Origin: Catajapyx aquilonaris
Lineage: Eukaryota
Length of the DNA stretch: 53,024 nt
Assembly (NCBI GenBank): GCA_000934665.2
Contig: JYFJ02002667.1
Span: 1-53,024 of the forward strand
Direction: 5' to 3'
Part shown: positions 49,801 to 53,024 of the stretch, one piece after another
Numbering within the stretch: position 1 is the stretch's first letter
Layout of the letters: each line of letters opens with the position of its first letter
Translations under genes and position numbers: made by a program
The notes under the pieces: generated by a model
What the model saw: the letters and a program-made list of their open reading frames with translations, nothing else
Databases searched by the model: none
Told to the model about the DNA's origin: nothing

Positions 49801-50453
49801 ACGAGTAAAAGTGATCCTCTTCAGATGATGGTTCAAGTAGACAATGATATTACCATAAACACTTAACTGCCTATCCAGCCATCAGCGTACTTTATGGGCA
49901 AAAGAAATGGGGGTGCAAAATGCAGATTGCCCGACAATAAAATGATGCACATATTCCACCCAACATTTGCTGCTCATAAGTGTGATAACATTTAAATGTA
50001 ACTGATCCAGAGTTACTGCTTATCATCCAAAAGAAGATTTGCTAACCACTCTTAAGAATTCACATGGAACATGCTGCAGAGTTATATGCAGAAATGATTC
50101 GGATAGTTGCAAACTGCAAACTTATGTGATTAATAAATTGCTTTTTTTTTCCACTTCCTGAGCAGCCTCCCCAGAAGGAAGCGGAACCCTCTGGGTCCCT
50201 CTCCCAGTCGATGGACTTGAAGAGGAAGGTGCTGGACGCATTTGAGTTTGGAGATTCCTCGTGTCGTCACAACCTGGAAGCAACTGCCAGGAAATTCTGT
50301 CTCAGCACCACCACAGTGTGGTACTGGATCAGATACATTCGACCCCACCTCCTCTCCAAGAGTCAGATGAACCCGCCAAATCAGGACTCTCCTGGAAGGA
50401 GGAATGACGGAAACAAAGATGAACGAATAATTACTAAATGCAATAAGCAATAA
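43511..50453 (+). CDS. Gene D: C2H2-ZF + 5 Brinker-type HTH domains
   Basis: Exons 43511-43807, 45432-45605, 45658-45735, 45825-45962, 46079-46318, 46488-46697, 47329-47583, 48601-48861, 49659-49772, 50166-50453; phase 0, open. Confidence 0.78.
44323..45041. mobile_element. hAT-like non-autonomous element
   Basis: GAGTCCGGATTTTTAGGCA / TGCCTAAAAATCCGGACTCTA TIRs; CTGATTAT repeated on both flanks. Confidence 0.65.
46079..46318 (+). CDS. BrkDBD exon D1 (type I)
   Basis: 240 nt; GISACAVRNWLK. Confidence 0.8.
46488..46697 (+). CDS. BrkDBD exon D2 (type II)
   Basis: 210 nt; GVPQQTLSKWVK. Confidence 0.75.
47329..47583 (+). CDS. BrkDBD exon D3
   Basis: 255 nt; GLNQGMLCRWVK. Confidence 0.8.
48601..48861 (+). 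CDS. BrkDBD exon D4 (absent from ORF track)
   Basis: 261 nt; YSLAFKREVLEAYQFGDSSCRHNVIATAKKFGLNKGTVWYWVN. Confidence 0.8.
50166..50453 (+). CDS. BrkDBD exon D5 (invariant terminal domain)
   Basis: CLSTTTVWYWIR; stop at 50453. Confidence 0.8.
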   Translation, partial: PPQKEAEPSGSLSQSMDLKRKVLDAFEFGDSSCRHNLEATARKFCLSTTTVWYWIRYIRPHLLSKSQMNPPNQDSPGRRNDGNKDERIITKCNKQ

Positions 50454-50702
50454 TTAGTGTGAGAGGTCGGGACCGCAATGTAACTGACAGATCCATTCCA
50501 TAAGTCATTTTTTCGATTGGACGTGATAATTACTTCAACCTGTGTAGCAGACTCCAGTTATAACCGAGGTTTGTCATAGCTAACACACTGGACAGATGTG
50601 GTCTGGAGATATGCTGGGACCAACCTTTTCAGACTGTTGTAACCAAGGCAATTATATCTAGCATCCACTGTACAAGAACTGAATGTATTAAAATTTCATC
50701 AG

Positions 50703-50870
50703 GCACATCAATTGCGCTGCTCCAACTGCAAGACATGTAGTACCACATCTGTGTGGCGAAGGAATAATGGCAAGCGAGTGTGTAATTCTTGCGGCCAGTA
50801 CTTCAAAGTGTATGGTACGAATCTGACTCTGACCCAAGCGAAGAATGTCATCAAAAGTTATAGCTGGTGA
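50703..50870 (+). CDS. Intact GATA-type zinc-finger exon behind gene D
   Basis: [64 protein letters not shown] = C-x2-C-x17-C-x2-C with WRR; phase-0 acceptor. Confidence 0.6.
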   Translation, partial: AHQLRCSNCKTCSTTSVWRRNNGKRVCNSCGQYFKVYGTNLTLTQAKNVIKSYSW

Positions 50871-51140
50871 TAATAATAATAGTTCTCGGCTACAATTCTG
50901 ATGACAACATTACATCAAGACTACAGGTAAAATGAGTGCTTGGTGCAGTCGAAGTCCTAGTTGCGAAATTCTTCACGTAGAATTTCCCAGTGACGCACCA
51001 CTCACCATGCCTTTACCCGATGGAACCTTGGAAGACAAGTGACTTGTAGTACTTAACGCATTGGAGTCGAGGAAGTGCTGATCCCCTGCTTCATCGTTGT
51101 GTGATGTTGTACCATTTTTGTGCCTTTGTATTTTATACGC

Positions 51141-51376
51141 GGATTCCAAAGTCCCCTAAGTCCATTTTTGTTGTTTTGAGAAATTTGAGATTTTATTGGT
51201 ATCAATAACATGGGATTATATGGGATTTGAGAAAACTCTCTGATTTTTGCGCTTGGAGTTAGGGACATCATTTTGGTGTGTTCTGACCTCGGGAGGAGGA
51301 GGGGAGTACCATAAGCTACCAACAGATGCCATCAGCTCATTTTTCATGAAAATGGACTTAGGGGACTTTGGAATCC
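51141..51376. mobile_element. MITE with 28-bp TIR
   Basis: GGATTCCAAAGTCCCCTAAGTCCATTTT...AAAATGGACTTAGGGGACTTTGGAATCC; absent at the paralogous sites (~8270, ~31615). Confidence 0.75.
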
Positions 51377-51939
51377 CACTCTTATTATGAGAACAAATAA
51401 TGCGCTTCCTGAGGGTGCTGGAACTTGAATGATCTCATTCAGCCAGTAAATATCTGACTTGCTCTGGAAACAAACTGTGTTTCATTTTCATGGCTTTACA
51501 TGTTGTGGAGTCCCCGCAACTGATGGATCCCTCCTCTGCCTGCACACCTATACGTGGAGCAACGAACATGAATGTATGACCTTGCAGCAATCACGGAATT
51601 TCCCCAATCAATGTTTGGACTTCTGTGTGGCTTTTCCACCTTATTGCCTGACTACAGCAACCAGGGCTGTGACCTTGACCTTCCAATAACTGCAGCATGG
51701 AATGTTCCTCCAGTTCATCTCATCACACCCAATGATTAGTTAAAAACTTATATTATTATTTTTAAGTGTGTGTTTGTTTTTTTTACTGTCAAACTCCATA
51801 TGTAAGCTGCATCAAAGTGTGACAATAGGGGTTGCGGGTTGGGTTTGTCATGAAAGCCTCCTCCTGCTGTCGCCATATGTTTAGCAGACGATTTGGGAAG
51901 AAATGAACTGATGGGCATAACCGACAGCCTTTTCAACAG

Positions 51940-52223
51940 GCGCCACCTTCAGGACCAGGCTGCAGCTGAGGGCACACCAGTTCATACACGGACCAAGGGA
52001 CGAGGTCATGGTTAAGCCTGAGGTGGATGCGGCAGAGGGAAGGGTGGTCGTGACAATGGTGAAGAAGGAGAGACGTGAAGGAGGGGATCAGCCGCAAGAG
52101 GAGGAGGAGGAAGAGTCCATCTTGAACTCCGGTGGTGGTGACGACCCTCCAGGAGATGCTGAACCTTCATTCGAATTCATTTCCATTGACGACTGGCCTG
52201 GACGGAACAGGGCACGTGCCGAG
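51940..52223 (+). pseudogene. Gene E first exon, 5'-truncated (promoter, ATG and both ZF cysteines deleted)
   Basis: ATFRTRLQLRAHQFIHGPRDEVMVKPE...PSFEFISIDDWPGRNRARAE|GTGAG is paralogous to the B/C/D ZF exon. Upstream sequence jumps from the equivalent of ~9148 to ~9730 of gene B. Confidence 0.7.
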
Positions 52224-52928
52224 GTGAGGGTCCCTTCATGGCGGAGATGCAAAATTGGCAGCCCTTCAGTACGCTGCGTGTCCAGGTCACTATTGCCTGT
52301 CTATAATATTTAAATGCTTGCGTTGCTTGGCCGAGCCCTCTGATTGGTCTGTCGCCGCGTATTGTTGCTTCCACCTCCCCATTGGTCCCCGTTCATTATT
52401 ACATAAAAGCATTGTTACCATGACGCCTCCGACTGGCCCCCCTTCCGAGCATGCGCAATGGGTGGGAGAACGCCACAGTCGCTTGCTGGACGTCAACGAG
52501 GACAGGTCATTCTCCTCTCCCGTGAAGACCCCTCTGCCCCTTCCACCTTCCTCCGCCCGCACGTCTTCACGGTGACCTCACAACAGGGGAGGATAAACAA
52601 GGTCCTTACTGGCATCCCCACTGGGAAGATTAACCGCGATATTCAACACTGAACCTGGGGATAGGCCGAGAACGTCAAAAGAAAGTGGCGGGAAGAGTTA
52701 AACCAGTTTTTGATCATCTAATATCTTCTGCGTGGACTGACCAGTCACCAGAAGAGTCATTGTAATGGTCATATGAGACGGCCAGGCACAAACTAGTTGT
52801 CGCTGGCTACCCCATGTCTGGGATTATGCCGTGATGTTATGAATGAGTGAATGAATGAATAATATTACAGTAAGACTTCTATAAGTCGAATCTCCATGGG
52901 ACCGGAAAAAACTTCGAGTTATAGAAGA

Positions 52929-53024
52929 CTAGCAGCGGTACCCGTTCTTCGCACGGGGAAAGAAAAGGGCGTGGAGAAGTACCAAAAACTTCTCAGGCAA
53001 TATTAAAAGCAAAACTGCTCAATC
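52929..53024 (-). mobile_element. Helitron-like 3' terminus
   Basis: Minus strand CCCGTGCGAAGAACGGG hairpin followed by CTAG|T; degenerate copy near 32068. Confidence 0.55.

Noticed and set aside
1756..50453. HTH repeats as IS3/Tc1/pogo transposase N-termini or a prokaryotic array
   Set aside because: No linked DDE domain or TIRs; each is bounded by spliceosomal AG/GT signals.
1756..50453. Assigning the gene symbol brk
   Set aside because: Only the domain is shared; I saw no PxDLS or FKPY-type corepressor motifs, and the architecture differs from Brinker.

Overview
Eukaryotic, intron-rich DNA, most likely arthropod/insect (Brinker-type domains, DRE-like promoter motifs, mariner/Merlin/piggyBac/Harbinger debris, a tRNA-SINE). 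The window is a + strand tandem cluster of at least five paralogous multi-exon genes. A lacks its 5' end and ends at 7792; B spans 9651-30906; C 32705-40632; D 43511-50453; E is a 5'-deleted start at ~51940. Each gene has a C2H2 zinc-finger first exon, acidic/basic linker exons, and an array of Brinker-type helix-turn-helix DNA-binding domains (BrkDBD), one per symmetric phase-0 exon. I count 38 such exons (8+18+7+5), all with open frames. The HTH scaffold is conserved while the recognition helix is hypervariable; the last domain of every gene is invariant. Behind each gene lies a GATA-type zinc-finger exon (CX2CX17CX2C intact only in D). The locus looks like a modular, rapidly diversifying 'poly-HTH' DNA-reader family built by exon duplication, conceptually analogous to tandem C2H2-ZNF clusters. 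Exon models were read by eye from splice signals and paralog comparison; no expression or database evidence was available.
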